Positions 37,905-47,328 of a stretch of 64,000 nt of DNA are shown here, in pieces. The position numbers and the translations under genes are program-made. The stretch's first letter is position 1. The number at the start of each line of letters is the position of its first letter. The notes beneath the pieces are model-generated. The model had not been told where the DNA came from. It made no database searches and saw only the letters and a list, made by a program, of their open reading frames with translations. Source of the DNA: Acidobacteriota bacterium (GTDB lineage Bacteria; Acidobacteriota; Thermoanaerobaculia; Multivoradales; UBA5704); contig JBDTZG010000001.1 in the NCBI GenBank assembly GCA_040005235.1, positions 224,001-288,000 on the forward strand, given 5' to 3'.

Positions 37905-40900
37905 CTACTCAAAATACCCCGCCACATCCACGATCACATGCACCGTCCCCGATCCCAACACGAACGCCGAGGCCGCGTAGCTTCCGCTGCCGTCGGTCGC
38001 GAGTTGAACCAGCGCGTTGTTCGTGCGGGTCTGGCCGGCGCTGAAGTTCAGTGTCGCGACCCCCGGGGCGGGGAGGTCGCCGGGGTAGAGGGTGAGGAAG
38101 CCGAGTGAAGTCGGTGCCGTCACCGTGACGTTCGCCGCGATGGCGGTCGCGGTCGTCGGCACGCCGCAGAGTCCGTGGGCGGCTCGGATGCGGGGCACTC
38201 CTGAGGCGAGCGGTCCGGCTCCGTCGCTGCGACTGTCGTAGAGCCGGCAGGGGGTCACGGTGAAGTACTGGCCGAGGTTCGCGTTTTTGGCGGCGAAGAC
38301 GTCGGATGCGCGGTTTCGGTCGTCGGCCACCAGGTCGCTCGACGTCGAGGCGAACACCACGACGCTGCCGTCGGCGCTGATCTGCGGGTTCGCGGAGGCC
38401 CCGCTCGGCCCGGGCGTCGGACCGGCGAACGGCCGGCTCACAAGCGCGTTCGTGGCGTGGAGGCGATCGAAGAGAAAGACGTTAGTCCGTGCCGGCGAAC
38501 CGGCGGCGAGCGCCGCGCCGCTTGCGTAGGCGAAGAATCGGCCGTCGCGGCTGATGGACGGCGGGCTCGCCGCGTCGATGCTGAACGCGAGCAGGGGATT
38601 GCCCACCGCGTGGCTGATGAGGGTGCTGGTTCCGGTCAGCCGATCGAACAGGAAAAGATCGGAGATGCCGTTGCCGTCGCTTTGCCCCGTCACCAGGTCG
38701 GTCGCCCGGCAGGAGTAGGCGACATAGCGTCCGTCACCGCTCGGCCGCGCCTCGTCGCAGGGGGCGTTGCCGGTGGTGGCGGGGGTTCCGGCTTTGCGGC
38801 TCACCAAGACGTTGACCGTCGTCGTCCGATCGAAGAGGAAGACGTCATCCCCGCCATTGCCTTCGACCTGGCTCGAAACGACGTCGAACGCATCGCTGCG
38901 AAACGCGACCCATCTTCCGTCGGCGCTGATCTCCGGCGCATGCGAGGTTCCGACCACCGGGCCGTTCGGGGTGTCGAAGGAGCGGCTCGCCAAGTCGGCG
39001 ACGCCGGTCTGGGCGTCGTACACGAAGACGTCCAAAAATCCCTGGTTGTCGAACTGCCCGGGAGAGACGTTCGAGCCGAGGCTTTCGAAGGCCAGATAGC
39101 GACCCGAGGCGTCGAGCGAGACGTGTCCGGACGGGGCGTTCGCCGCGGTGGTGGTGGAGCTGTTGTCGTGGCTTGCGAGGACCGTGGTTCCGGCGACTCG
39201 ATCGAACAGGAAGACGTCCGGCCCGTTGTTGGTATCGATCTGCCCGGACACCAGGTTGATCGCGCCGCTCACGAACGCGAGGAATCGCCCATCGGCCGAG
39301 ATCGCATGGGGCGCCGGGTCGTCGAACAACGCCTTGCCGGCGGGCGAGATGGCGATCCTCTGCACCGAAGCGGCGACGCGGTCTTCGAGGTAGAGACCGA
39401 CGGTGCCCGGCGGCAGAGGCGTGGCGACGAGGTCGGTCGCCGCGCTCCAGAACGCGAAATAACGGCCGTCCGCGCTCGCGATTCCGGCGTCTGAAAGATC
39501 GCTTCCTCCGGCGAGCGGAGCGCCCGAGGCATGGCTCACGATCGCGGACGTCGCCGCCGTCCGATCGCGTCGGTAGACCTGGGTCGGGCCGGCGAATCCG
39601 ATCTGCCCGGCGACCAGCCCGATCGCGCTGCTGGTGAAGGACACGTACCGACCGGTCGCGTCGAGCGCGGCGATCGGCCGGCCGAGCACGTAGCTCGCTC
39701 CGCCGTTGGTCGCCGAGGGACGGTCGGCCGCTCGGCGGGTGATCAGGTGGTTGGTCGTCTGATCCCACTCGAACAGCTCGGAGGTGCCGTTCGTATCGGT
39801 GATCCCCGCGACCAGATCGACTGCCGGGCTCGAGTAGACGACCGCCGTTCCGCTACTCGAGATCGCGAGAGCTCGTTCGCCGAACTGGGGGAGGCCGGCC
39901 CGGTTGGCCGCACCCGCGGCATGCGAGATGAGGGTCAAATCTCCCGTAAGGCGGTCGTACAGAAAGACGTCGGAACCGCCGCCGGTGTCGACCTGACCCG
40001 TCACCAGCCCGGGATCGGGACTCGCGAACGCCACCCATCGCCCGGCGCCGGCGCGAGAGATCGCCGGGTGTGTGGCGTTGGTCCCTCCCACGCTGAAATC
40101 GCCGCTCTTGTGGCTCGCGAGCGCTATGCCGCCGCTCTGTTCGGAAAAGAGGAAAACATCGCTCGTCGTCGGGTCGGGATCCCCCGCCCCCCCGATATGG
40201 TTTCTCCCGAAACCCGCAAAGGCGACCCAGAGAAAAGCTTTGTCGCCCGTCATCGAAAGCTCGGTGACGCCGCCATCGCCCGTGGTCGTCGGCGAGACGG
40301 CGGTGTGGCTCACCAAGATCGTCGAGCCGCTCGGCCGGCGCCAGAAGAAAGCGTCGGCCGCGCCGTTCGTGTCGGTTCCGCTCGCCACCAGATTGGTTGC
40401 AGTCGAAAGGAAGGCCACCGCATCGTCGGCGATCGCGAGCCGGCCGGTGGCGCTGCCGTTGCCCGCCGTCACCAACGATCCGGCAGCGTGACTCACTAGC
40501 GCGGTCGTGTCGCTCGCCTGGTCCCAGTGGAAGACGTCGGCCTCGCCGTTGGTGTCGATCTGGCCGGCCACCAGGTCAGCGGCAAAGCTAAGGAAGGCGA
40601 CCCTGCCAAACGAGTGCGCCGGAGAAAACGACGGCCCAGCGCCAGTCTTCGCAGGGTTGCCGGCGACGTGGCTGACGAGAGTGATGATTCCCGAATCTCG
40701 GCTCCAGAGGAAGACGTCGGTTTCACCGTTGGGATCAACCTGGCCGGCGACCATGTCGGTCGCTGCGCTGGCGAAAGCCACCCAGGCCCCATCGCCCAGG
40801 AGCGTCGCGGAGACGACTCCTCCGTTGCCGGTGGTGGCGGGGAAACCCGCGGCGTGGCTGACCAGGACGTTGGTGCCGGCGGTGCGATCCCAGAGATAGA

Positions 40901-41342
40901 CGTCGTAACCGGAATTGGCATCGGTGACCCCGGCCACCAGGTCCGACGCTCCCGACAGATACGCGACGTAGCGACCGTCGTCGGAAATCTCCGGATTTCC
41001 GGAAGTCCCCGCGGCCGCCGTCGTGGCGCCGCCCACCGTGTGGCTCACTAGCGTCGTGGTTCCCAGGGTGCGGTCCCACAAGAAGACGTCCGCACCGTCG
41101 TTGCCGTCGATCTGCCCGTCCGCAAGGCCGATCGAATCGCTCGAATACGCGACGTACCGGCCGTCGAGGCTGGCCGCGGGCCGTAGGTCGAAGCCGGCCC
41201 CAGGTACCTCGCCGATGGCGGTATCCGAAATCGTCGCGGCGCGCGAGATCAGCTCGACCTGAGGCAAGAGGGCGGCGGGGAAGAGGAATACGGCAAGGAC
41301 CGTCATGCGGAGAAGGGTGGCGGCCGGGGGCGTCGTTATCAT
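37905..41342 (-). CDS. Large secreted TolB/PD40-like beta-propeller repeat protein with C-terminal 'PCRLYDSR...DVAGYF' domain
   Basis: Signal peptide; many ~70-aa repeats of ISxDGRxVAFxSxAxxLV...DxNxxxDVFLxDR. Confidence 0.85.
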   Translation of the reverse strand: MITTPPAATLLRMTVLAVFLFPAALLPQVELISRAATISDTAIGEVPGAGFDLRPAASLDGRYVAYSSDSIGLADGQIDGNDGADVFLWDRTLGTTTLVSHTVGGATTAAAGTSGNPEISDDGRYVAYLSGASDLVAGVTDANSGYDVYLWDRTAGTNVLVSHAAGFPATTGNGGVVSATLLGDGAWVAFASAATDMVAGQVDPNGETDVFLWSRDSGIITLVSHVAGNPAKTGAGPSFSPAHSFGRVAFLSFAADLVAGQIDTNGEADVFHWDQASDTTALVSHAAGSLVTAGNGSATGRLAIADDAVAFLSTATNLVASGTDTNGAADAFFWRRPSGSTILVSHTAVSPTTTGDGGVTELSMTGDKAFLWVAFAGFGRNHIGGAGDPDPTTSDVFLFSEQSGGIALASHKSGDFSVGGTNATHPAISRAGAGRWVAFASPDPGLVTGQVDTGGGSDVFLYDRLTGDLTLISHAAGAANRAGLPQFGERALAISSSGTAVVYSSPAVDLVAGITDTNGTSELFEWDQTTNHLITRRAADRPSATNGGASYVLGRPIAALDATGRYVSFTSSAIGLVAGQIGFAGPTQVYRRDRTAATSAIVSHASGAPLAGGSDLSDAGIASADGRYFAFWSAATDLVATPLPPGTVGLYLEDRVAASVQRIAISPAGKALFDDPAPHAISADGRFLAFVSGAINLVSGQIDTNNGPDVFLFDRVAGTTVLASHDNSSTTTAANAPSGHVSLDASGRYLAFESLGSNVSPGQFDNQGFLDVFVYDAQTGVADLASRSFDTPNGPVVGTSHAPEISADGRWVAFRSDAFDVVSSQVEGNGGDDVFLFDRTTTVNVLVSRKAGTPATTGNAPCDEARPSGDGRYVAYSCRATDLVTGQSDGNGISDLFLFDRLTGTSTLISHAVGNPLLAFSIDAASPPSISRDGRFFAYASGAALAAGSPARTNVFLFDRLHATNALVSRPFAGPTPGPSGASANPQISADGSVVVFASTSSDLVADDRNRASDVFAAKNANLGQYFTVTPCRLYDSRSDGAGPLASGVPRIRAAHGLCGVPTTATAIAANVTVTAPTSLGFLTLYPGDLPAPGVATLNFSAGQTRTNNALVQLATDGSGSYAASAFVLGSGTVHVIVDVAGYFE

Positions 41343-41438
41343 GGGGGGCTCGCGATCGGTAGAGGGACGGAGGATGGCCGGATCTTATCCGTCCGCGCTA
41401 TCCTTCGGCTCGCCCCTTCCTTTCTTGGAGTCCTTGCG

Positions 41439-42479
41439 ATGGCTCAGATCAGCCGCTTTCTCTTCCTCCGCCACCTGCGCGCGGAGCCGAACCAGACGAT
41501 CCTCCATTTCCATCGCGGCAAGCTTGCGCGGAGCGGGCCGGGCATCGCCTACTGGTTCCATCCGCTGTCGGCCGCTGTGCTCCAGGTGCCGGTGGAAGAC
41601 ATCGCGAGCACGTTCGTGCTGCGGGAGCGTTCGGCCGACCTCCAGGAAATCGCGGTGCAGATTACCCTCGCCTATCGCGTGGCGGACGCCGAAAAGGCCG
41701 GCCGGCGGATCAACTTCACCATCGGCCTCGGCACCGGCGCCTGGCTCGAACAGCCGCTCGAACGGCTCGCCGGCCTCTGGTCGCGCTGGGCGCAGGAGCC
41801 CGTGCGCGAAACCCTGATGCGCTTGGCCCTGGTCGACGCCGTGCGCACCGGAGCCGCGACGATCCGCGCGGCGCTCGATCCGGCGCTCCGCGGCAACGTC
41901 GAAGCGGCGGAGATGGGGCTCGCGCTGGTGAGCGTCCAGGTCGACCAGGTGGTGCCGAACGCGGAGAACGAGAAAGCTCTCCAGACGCCGACCCGAGAGG
42001 CGATCCAGCAGAAAGCGGACGAGGCGACGTTCCAGCGTCGCGCGATGGCGGTTGAAAAAGAGCGGGCGATCAAGGAGAACGAGCTCGCGACCGAGGTCGA
42101 GCTGGCGCGGCGGCAGGAAGAGCTGATCCGCCAGGAGGCGTCGAACCGGCTGCTCTCGGTCCGCGAGGACGCCGGGGCGCAAAGGCTGGCGATCGAGGCG
42201 CAGGCCGAGCGCGAGGGGATCGCCGCCGAGGCGGCTTCGCGTGACGCGAAAACCCGCGCGGCGGGCGAAGCGGAAGCCAAGCGCCTGCTGCTCGACACCG
42301 ATCTCGCCGCCGAAGCGCGACGGGCGGAAATCTGGTCCGTCGCGCCGCCCTCCGTGCTGCTCGGCTTCGCGCTTCAGCAGTTCGCGGGCAAGATCGGCTC
42401 GATCGAGCATCTGAACGTCACGCCCGATCTGCTCGGCGACCTGCTCCAGCGCTTCGCCCTGCGCCAGTCTGGGGAGTAA
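41439..42479 (+). CDS. SPFH/Band 7 domain protein
   Basis: SADLQEIAVQ; ALQTPTREAIQQKADEATFQRRAMAVEKERAIKENEL coiled coil; IEHLNVTPDLL. Confidence 0.88.
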   Translation: MAQISRFLFLRHLRAEPNQTILHFHRGKLARSGPGIAYWFHPLSAAVLQVPVEDIASTFVLRERSADLQEIAVQITLAYRVADAEKAGRRINFTIGLGTGAWLEQPLERLAGLWSRWAQEPVRETLMRLALVDAVRTGAATIRAALDPALRGNVEAAEMGLALVSVQVDQVVPNAENEKALQTPTREAIQQKADEATFQRRAMAVEKERAIKENELATEVELARRQEELIRQEASNRLLSVREDAGAQRLAIEAQAEREGIAAEAASRDAKTRAAGEAEAKRLLLDTDLAAEARRAEIWSVAPPSVLLGFALQQFAGKIGSIEHLNVTPDLLGDLLQRFALRQSGE

Positions 42480-42485
42480 GCGCAC

Positions 42486-43409
42486 GTGGCGCACGCGCCG
42501 TCCCGCAGCCGGCCGCGGGTCGTGTTGGTGACCCGCAAGACCTCCCTCGAAGGTCTGCGCGAGTCGCGGGGCACGCTCGATCAGGTGCGCTTCTACCTCG
42601 CCTCGCGCGGCCAGGACATCGCCTGGCACCAAGAGGCGCACGACCGCTTCGTCGCCGCCTACGCGCAGGTCGAGGGCGCGATCCCCGCCGACCAGCGCCG
42701 GGTGCGGATCGACCGCGGCGACCTCGATCGGTTCCTGTTCGCGCCCGACGATCTGATCCTTGTGGTCGGCCAAGACGGCCTGGTCGCGAACGTCGCGAAA
42801 TACCTCTCGGGCCAGAGGGTGATCGGCATCAACTCCGACCCCGAGCGCTTCGACGGCGTGCTCTGCCGCCACCCGCCCGGAATGGCGCCGATCCTGCTCC
42901 ACTGGGCGGCGGGCGGCCCCGGCGGCCCCTTCCGGATCGAAACCCGCACGATGGCGCTCGCCGAGCGCGAAGACGGACAGACGCTCTTGGCGCTCAACGA
43001 GGTGTTCGTCGGCCATCGCACCCACCAGTCGGCCCGCTACACGATCGAAGTCGGCGGGAAAAGCGAGCGCCACTCCTCCTCCGGAGTCCTTTGCGCCACC
43101 GGCACCGGAGCGACCGGCTGGGCGCGCTCGATCTGCGAGCAGCGGAAGGTGAAGAAAAAGCTGCCGCGCGCGACCGACCCGCATCTCGCCTGGATGGTCC
43201 GCGAGCCGTTCCCCTCCGTCTCGACCGGCGTGGCGCTCGACTTCGGACTGCTCGCCTCGGGCGCCCGGCTGGTGCTCCATTCCGAAATGGCCGAAGGGGG
43301 GGCGATCTTCGCCGACGGCATCGAAAGCGACGCGCTCGAATTCTTGGGAGGGCAGAGCGTCACCGTACGCCGCGCGGACGAAGCGCTCCATCTGGTGGTG
43401 CCGGCCTAA
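42486..43409 (+). CDS. NAD kinase-like protein
   Basis: VVGQDGLVANVAKY, ALNEVF, SSSG, TGTGATGW (variants of the GGDG, NE and TxxGSTxY motifs). Confidence 0.82.
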   Translation: MAHAPSRSRPRVVLVTRKTSLEGLRESRGTLDQVRFYLASRGQDIAWHQEAHDRFVAAYAQVEGAIPADQRRVRIDRGDLDRFLFAPDDLILVVGQDGLVANVAKYLSGQRVIGINSDPERFDGVLCRHPPGMAPILLHWAAGGPGGPFRIETRTMALAEREDGQTLLALNEVFVGHRTHQSARYTIEVGGKSERHSSSGVLCATGTGATGWARSICEQRKVKKKLPRATDPHLAWMVREPFPSVSTGVALDFGLLASGARLVLHSEMAEGGAIFADGIESDALEFLGGQSVTVRRADEALHLVVPA

Positions 43410-43467
43410 GGCGGCCGAAAAGAAAGACCCGCCGGGCTAAAAGGCCGCCAAGCCCGGCGGGCTGTCG

Positions 43468-43683
43468 CTAGCAGGCCTGCCCAGAGACGCAGCCGGTCTG
43501 CGTCACGCAGGGGCTGACGACGGTGGCGCAGTTGACGTTGCTCTTGCAGGTGAAATACAGCGTGTTGCAGCCCGAGGTGATGCAGCCCGGGACGGTCGTG
43601 GCGCCGACGGCGCCTTCCAGCTCGCCTTCGAGCGCCCGAACCGTTTCCCGATTGAGATTGAGCTTCTTGATCGACTTGCGCAT
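43468..43683 (-). CDS. Lanthipeptide-like RiPP precursor, 71 aa
   Basis: AAGGAG RBS; leader MRKSIKKLNLNRETVRAL...AVGA; core with 7 Cys and 12 Ser/Thr. Confidence 0.75.
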   Translation of the reverse strand: MRKSIKKLNLNRETVRALEGELEGAVGATTVPGCITSGCNTLYFTCKSNVNCATVVSPCVTQTGCVSGQAC

Positions 43684-43799
43684 GGGTGTCTCCTTCTTCC
43701 GAGAGAGCGCCGCCCACACCGCGGGCTCGATGCTCGCGGGCAGGCGTTGCGGTTCTGACGCAAGAGGCGGAAGACGAGGAGAAACGGGGCCAGGCGGTC

Positions 43800-44217
43800 C
43801 TACGACCGAAGCGGAGCCACCTGCATCGAGACCCTCTTCGTTCCGGCTCCCGTCGGCTGCTGGCCGACCTCCCGAAAGCCGAATTTCGCATGGAAGTGGT
43901 GAGACCCTTCGTTCGGCGGCTCGACGTCGATCTCGCACGTCACCCGCGGCACTCCGATCTCGCGCGCGTAGGCGAACAGGTCGCATGCCGGGTAGTCTCG
44001 CGGCCCGCTCGCCCGCCTCCGATCTCGCGCGCGTAGGCGAACAGGTCGTCATACAGGAGAGAGCCGAACCCCTTGCCTTGAGCCGTGCCGGCGACCACCA
44101 CGCGGTCGACGTAGAGAAAGCTCGCGTAGCGCTCGACATCGGGCTCAAGAAGTGCTCGGACTCCAAATTGAGCGCGAGGATCGTCTCGAAGTCGGCGGGG
44201 GTGGCGTTGCGGATCAT
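43800..44217 (-). pseudogene. GNAT acetyltransferase pseudogene
   Basis: Separated pieces MIRNATPADF..LSPM / FLYVDRVVV..QGKGFGSLLY / TCEIDVEPPNEGSHHFH..FGFREVG joined by frameshifts; 32-bp direct repeat at 43952-43983 and 44017-44048. Confidence 0.8.
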
Positions 44218-44282
44218 TTTGGAGGCTTGGCTCCCAGGGAATGTCGGTCAACGATACCAGGCGCCCTTTTGGATCGGAATGA

Positions 44283-44368
44283 AGGGCGGCCACGGGGGGC
44301 CGCCCCTACACAGATTTTCCCTTCGCCACCTGAAACCCGATGTAGGGGCGGCCCCCCGTGGCCGCCCT
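44283..44368. repeat. GTAG-type REP doublet (REPIN-like)
   Basis: Perfect 28-bp inverted repeat TGTAGGGGCGGCCCCCCGTGGCCGCCCT with a 30-bp spacer; each arm is itself an imperfect palindrome. Confidence 0.8.
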
Positions 44369-44470
44369 GGGCTCACGACATTCTTTGACCCGGGGTGAAA
44401 AAACTGGCAGCATTTTGCCCCGAGTCCTCCTTTGATGCCGAAGCGAAACCAACGCTAGAAAGCAGGCACT

Positions 44471-47011
44471 TTGCGTAAACCACCCTCAGACGACGCGCCT
44501 TCGCGGCGCGCGCCGAAGGAATCTTTCGGTGTCCCCCAGAACGCCGTCGTTTCTGCGGCGCCGGCCGCGGGCCCGGGAGCCGACCGGTTTGTCTGCATCC
44601 ACGGGCACTTCTATCAACCCCCGCGGGAAAACCCCTGGCTCGAAGCGATCGAGCGGCAGCCTTCGGCGCGGCCGTACCACGATTGGAACGAGCGGATCAG
44701 CGCGGAGTGCTATGCCGTCAACGCGCGGGCTCGGGTGTTGGACGAACGGGGACGGCTGGTGCGGCTGCTCGACAACTACTCGCGGATCAGCTTCAACTTC
44801 GGCCCGACGCTGCTCGCCTGGATGGAGCGGGCCGATCCGGAGACCTATGCCGCGATCCTTGGCGCCGACCGGAAGAGCGTCGAGCGCTCGGGGCACGGCG
44901 CGGCGCTCGCGCAGGCGCATGGCCATTTGATCCTGCCGTTGGCGAACACGCGCGACAAGCGGACGCAGGTACTCTGGGGGATCGCTGACTTCCGTCATCG
45001 GTTCGGCCGCGCTCCCGAGGGGATGTGGCTCGCGGAGACCGCGGTCGACGTCGAGACGCTGGAGGTGCTCGCGGAGTGCGGCATCAAGTTCACGATCTTG
45101 GCTCCGCATCAGGCGGCCCGGGTGCGCCCGACGGGGGAGAAGACCTGGCGGGAGGTGCCGGGCGCCTCGATCGATCCCTCGCGCGCTTACTCTGCGGTGC
45201 TCCCTTCGGGGCGCGAGATCGCCTTGTTCTTCTACGACGGGCCGCTCTCCCGCTCGATCGCGTTCGAGGGGATGCTCCACAGCGGCGACCTGTTCGCCGA
45301 GCAGCTGGCCGGGGCGTTTCCCTTGCGGGGTGGGGCGAAGCTGGTCCATGTCGCGACCGACGGCGAGAGCTACGGCCATCACCATCGGCACGGCGAGATG
45401 GCGCTCGCCGCCACTCTGTTGCGTCTGGAAGGGCGCGGTCTCGCGCAAGTGGTCCATTACGGCGAATTTCTGGCGCTTCATCCGTCGGAGTGGCAGGTCG
45501 AGATCGTACCGAACACCTCGTGGAGCTGCGCCCACGGCATCGAGCGGTGGCGCTCGGATTGCGGCTGCAACGCGGGGGGCGGCCCGGGATGGAACCAGAC
45601 CTGGCGCGCGCCGCTGCGCCAGGCGCTCGACGACCTGCGCGACCGGTTGGCGGTGCGCTATGAGCGCGCCGCGGTCGACCTGCTTTTCGACCCATGGCGG
45701 GCGCGCGACGCTTATATCGACGTCGTGCTCGACCGCTCGGAAACAACGCTCGACCAGTTCCTCGCGGCCCAAGCGCGCTGGCCGCTCAAAGCGGCCGAGC
45801 GGGTGCGGGTGAGAAAGCTCCTTGAGCTGGAGCGCCAGGCCATGGCGATGTTTACCAGCTGCGGCTGGTTCTTCAGCGACCTCGCCGGGATCGAGACGCG
45901 CCAGGTGTTGCTCCATGCCGGGCGGGCGATCGAGCTGGCGGAAGAGCTATTGGGCGAGCCGTTCGAGCCGGAGTTTTTAGCGGCCCTCGCCGCCGCGCGG
46001 AGCAACGACCCGAAGTTCGGCGATGGGCGGGCGATCTATCAGGCATCGGTCAAGCCGGCGCGCGTGGCGCTTTCGGCGGTCGCCGCCCACGATGCGATTG
46101 CCGCGCTGTTCTCTCGCCCCGCCGAGGCCGCCGAGCCGGGGTTGGAAGAAGGGCGGATCTACGCCTTTACCGTCGCCCGCCGGATCTTGAGGCGCGGCAA
46201 CGGCGGGCCGCTCAAGCTGCTGCTCGCCGAGGTGGACGTCACCTCCGAAATCACCGGCGAAAGCGGCGGGTTCACCTACGCGGCGTTCGCCTGGGGCGAC
46301 CCGAACGTCCAAGTAGGGGTTCGGCCGCGCCTCGGACCGGCGCTCGAGCCGCAAGAGATCGCCGAGGTCGAAGAGGCGCTCCGGCTGGCCGATCCGGCGC
46401 AGGTGGTGCGCTGGCTCGACCGGCGGTTTCCGGTCCAGCACGCGCTCGACGCCCTGTTCGGCGACGACCGCGAGCGGCTGCTCGAGCGGATCCTGCGCGC
46501 GACGATCGAAGAGGTGGAAGGCCAGGGGCGCGAACAGTTCGAGCGCCACGCCCCGCTGATGCGCCGGCTGGCCGGAGTGGGTCTCGCCTTGCCCGGTGCG
46601 CTCCGGAGCGCGGCCGAGATGGCGATCTACGCCGAGTTGAAGCACGCCTTGCGCGATGCGGGGAGCGATCTCGCCGAGATCCGCCGTCGGCTGATCGAGG
46701 TACGCGATTGGGGTCTGGCGCTCGATCGCGAGGGGGTGCGCTACCTGCTGGAGCCGGCGATGACGGCGCAAGCCGAGCGGCTGCGTCGCGATCCACTCGA
46801 CGCCGGGGCGGCGATCCGGCTGGAGGCGCTGCTCGACCTGGCGGGCGCGCTGCCGTTCGCGCTCGACCATCTGCCGACCCAGGTCGCCCTCTATCGGCTG
46901 TTCGAGGAGCGCGCCGACCTGCTGGTCGAGCGGGCGGAGGAGGATCGGGAGGGGGCCGAGGCCCTCGCGCGGCTGGAGCGGTTGGCCGAGCGGCTGGCGA
47001 TTCGACTTTGA
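44471..47011 (+). CDS. Glycoside hydrolase family 57 with DUF3536
   Basis: HGHFYQPPRENPW, SFNFGPTLL, GMWLAET, ATDGESYGHH, SWSCAHG, MFTSCGWFF. Confidence 0.9.
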   Translation: MRKPPSDDAPSRRAPKESFGVPQNAVVSAAPAAGPGADRFVCIHGHFYQPPRENPWLEAIERQPSARPYHDWNERISAECYAVNARARVLDERGRLVRLLDNYSRISFNFGPTLLAWMERADPETYAAILGADRKSVERSGHGAALAQAHGHLILPLANTRDKRTQVLWGIADFRHRFGRAPEGMWLAETAVDVETLEVLAECGIKFTILAPHQAARVRPTGEKTWREVPGASIDPSRAYSAVLPSGREIALFFYDGPLSRSIAFEGMLHSGDLFAEQLAGAFPLRGGAKLVHVATDGESYGHHHRHGEMALAATLLRLEGRGLAQVVHYGEFLALHPSEWQVEIVPNTSWSCAHGIERWRSDCGCNAGGGPGWNQTWRAPLRQALDDLRDRLAVRYERAAVDLLFDPWRARDAYIDVVLDRSETTLDQFLAAQARWPLKAAERVRVRKLLELERQAMAMFTSCGWFFSDLAGIETRQVLLHAGRAIELAEELLGEPFEPEFLAALAAARSNDPKFGDGRAIYQASVKPARVALSAVAAHDAIAALFSRPAEAAEPGLEEGRIYAFTVARRILRRGNGGPLKLLLAEVDVTSEITGESGGFTYAAFAWGDPNVQVGVRPRLGPALEPQEIAEVEEALRLADPAQVVRWLDRRFPVQHALDALFGDDRERLLERILRATIEEVEGQGREQFERHAPLMRRLAGVGLALPGALRSAAEMAIYAELKHALRDAGSDLAEIRRRLIEVRDWGLALDREGVRYLLEPAMTAQAERLRRDPLDAGAAIRLEALLDLAGALPFALDHLPTQVALYRLFEERADLLVERAEEDREGAEALARLERLAERLAIRL

Positions 47012-47077
47012 TGCCGCGCCAAAAACCGGCGTCCGGCCAATCCGGCAGGTCGGAAAGCGCGCCAGAAAGACATCCAG

Positions 47078-47108
47078 AAACGAGAAGACCCCCCTCGGAA
47101 GGGGGGTC
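47078..47108 (-). terminator. Intrinsic terminator-like hairpin
   Basis: GACCCCCC-TTCCGA-GGGGGGTC followed by TTCTCGTTTCT on the minus strand. Confidence 0.65.
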
Positions 47109-47274
47109 GATACGGGGTTGGTTCCGTCTCTCCGGTGGGATTTTTGGCTTCACCCCTGTAGACAAGGGGAATTCGGAGGACTGTGAGACGGGGTGAGATC
47201 GTGAGATCTCTTTTTTAGGTGGGATGGTAGTTGGTAGGTCGGTTCCTTCCCCGTGGGATATCTCGTTGACTGAC
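47078..47274 (-). ncRNA. Candidate sigma54-dependent small RNA
   Basis: Bounded by a consensus -24/-12 promoter and a terminator hairpin; no credible ORF; six RTCYCAC motifs. Confidence 0.55.
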
Positions 47275-47284
47275 TTTCACTAGA

Positions 47285-47300
47285 AGCAAGCGGTGTGCCA
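47285..47300 (-). promoter_or_regulatory. sigma54 (-24/-12) promoter
   Basis: Minus strand TGGCAC-ACCGC-TTGCT matches the TGGCAC-N5-TTGCW consensus. Confidence 0.7.
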
Positions 47301-47328
47301 GGTCGATTCGCCGCTTCCGAGGGTCTCT

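Noticed and set aside
43468-44217. 249-aa track ORF as a single protein
   Set aside because: It is a chimera of the GNAT pseudogene start and the separate RiPP precursor, which has its own RBS
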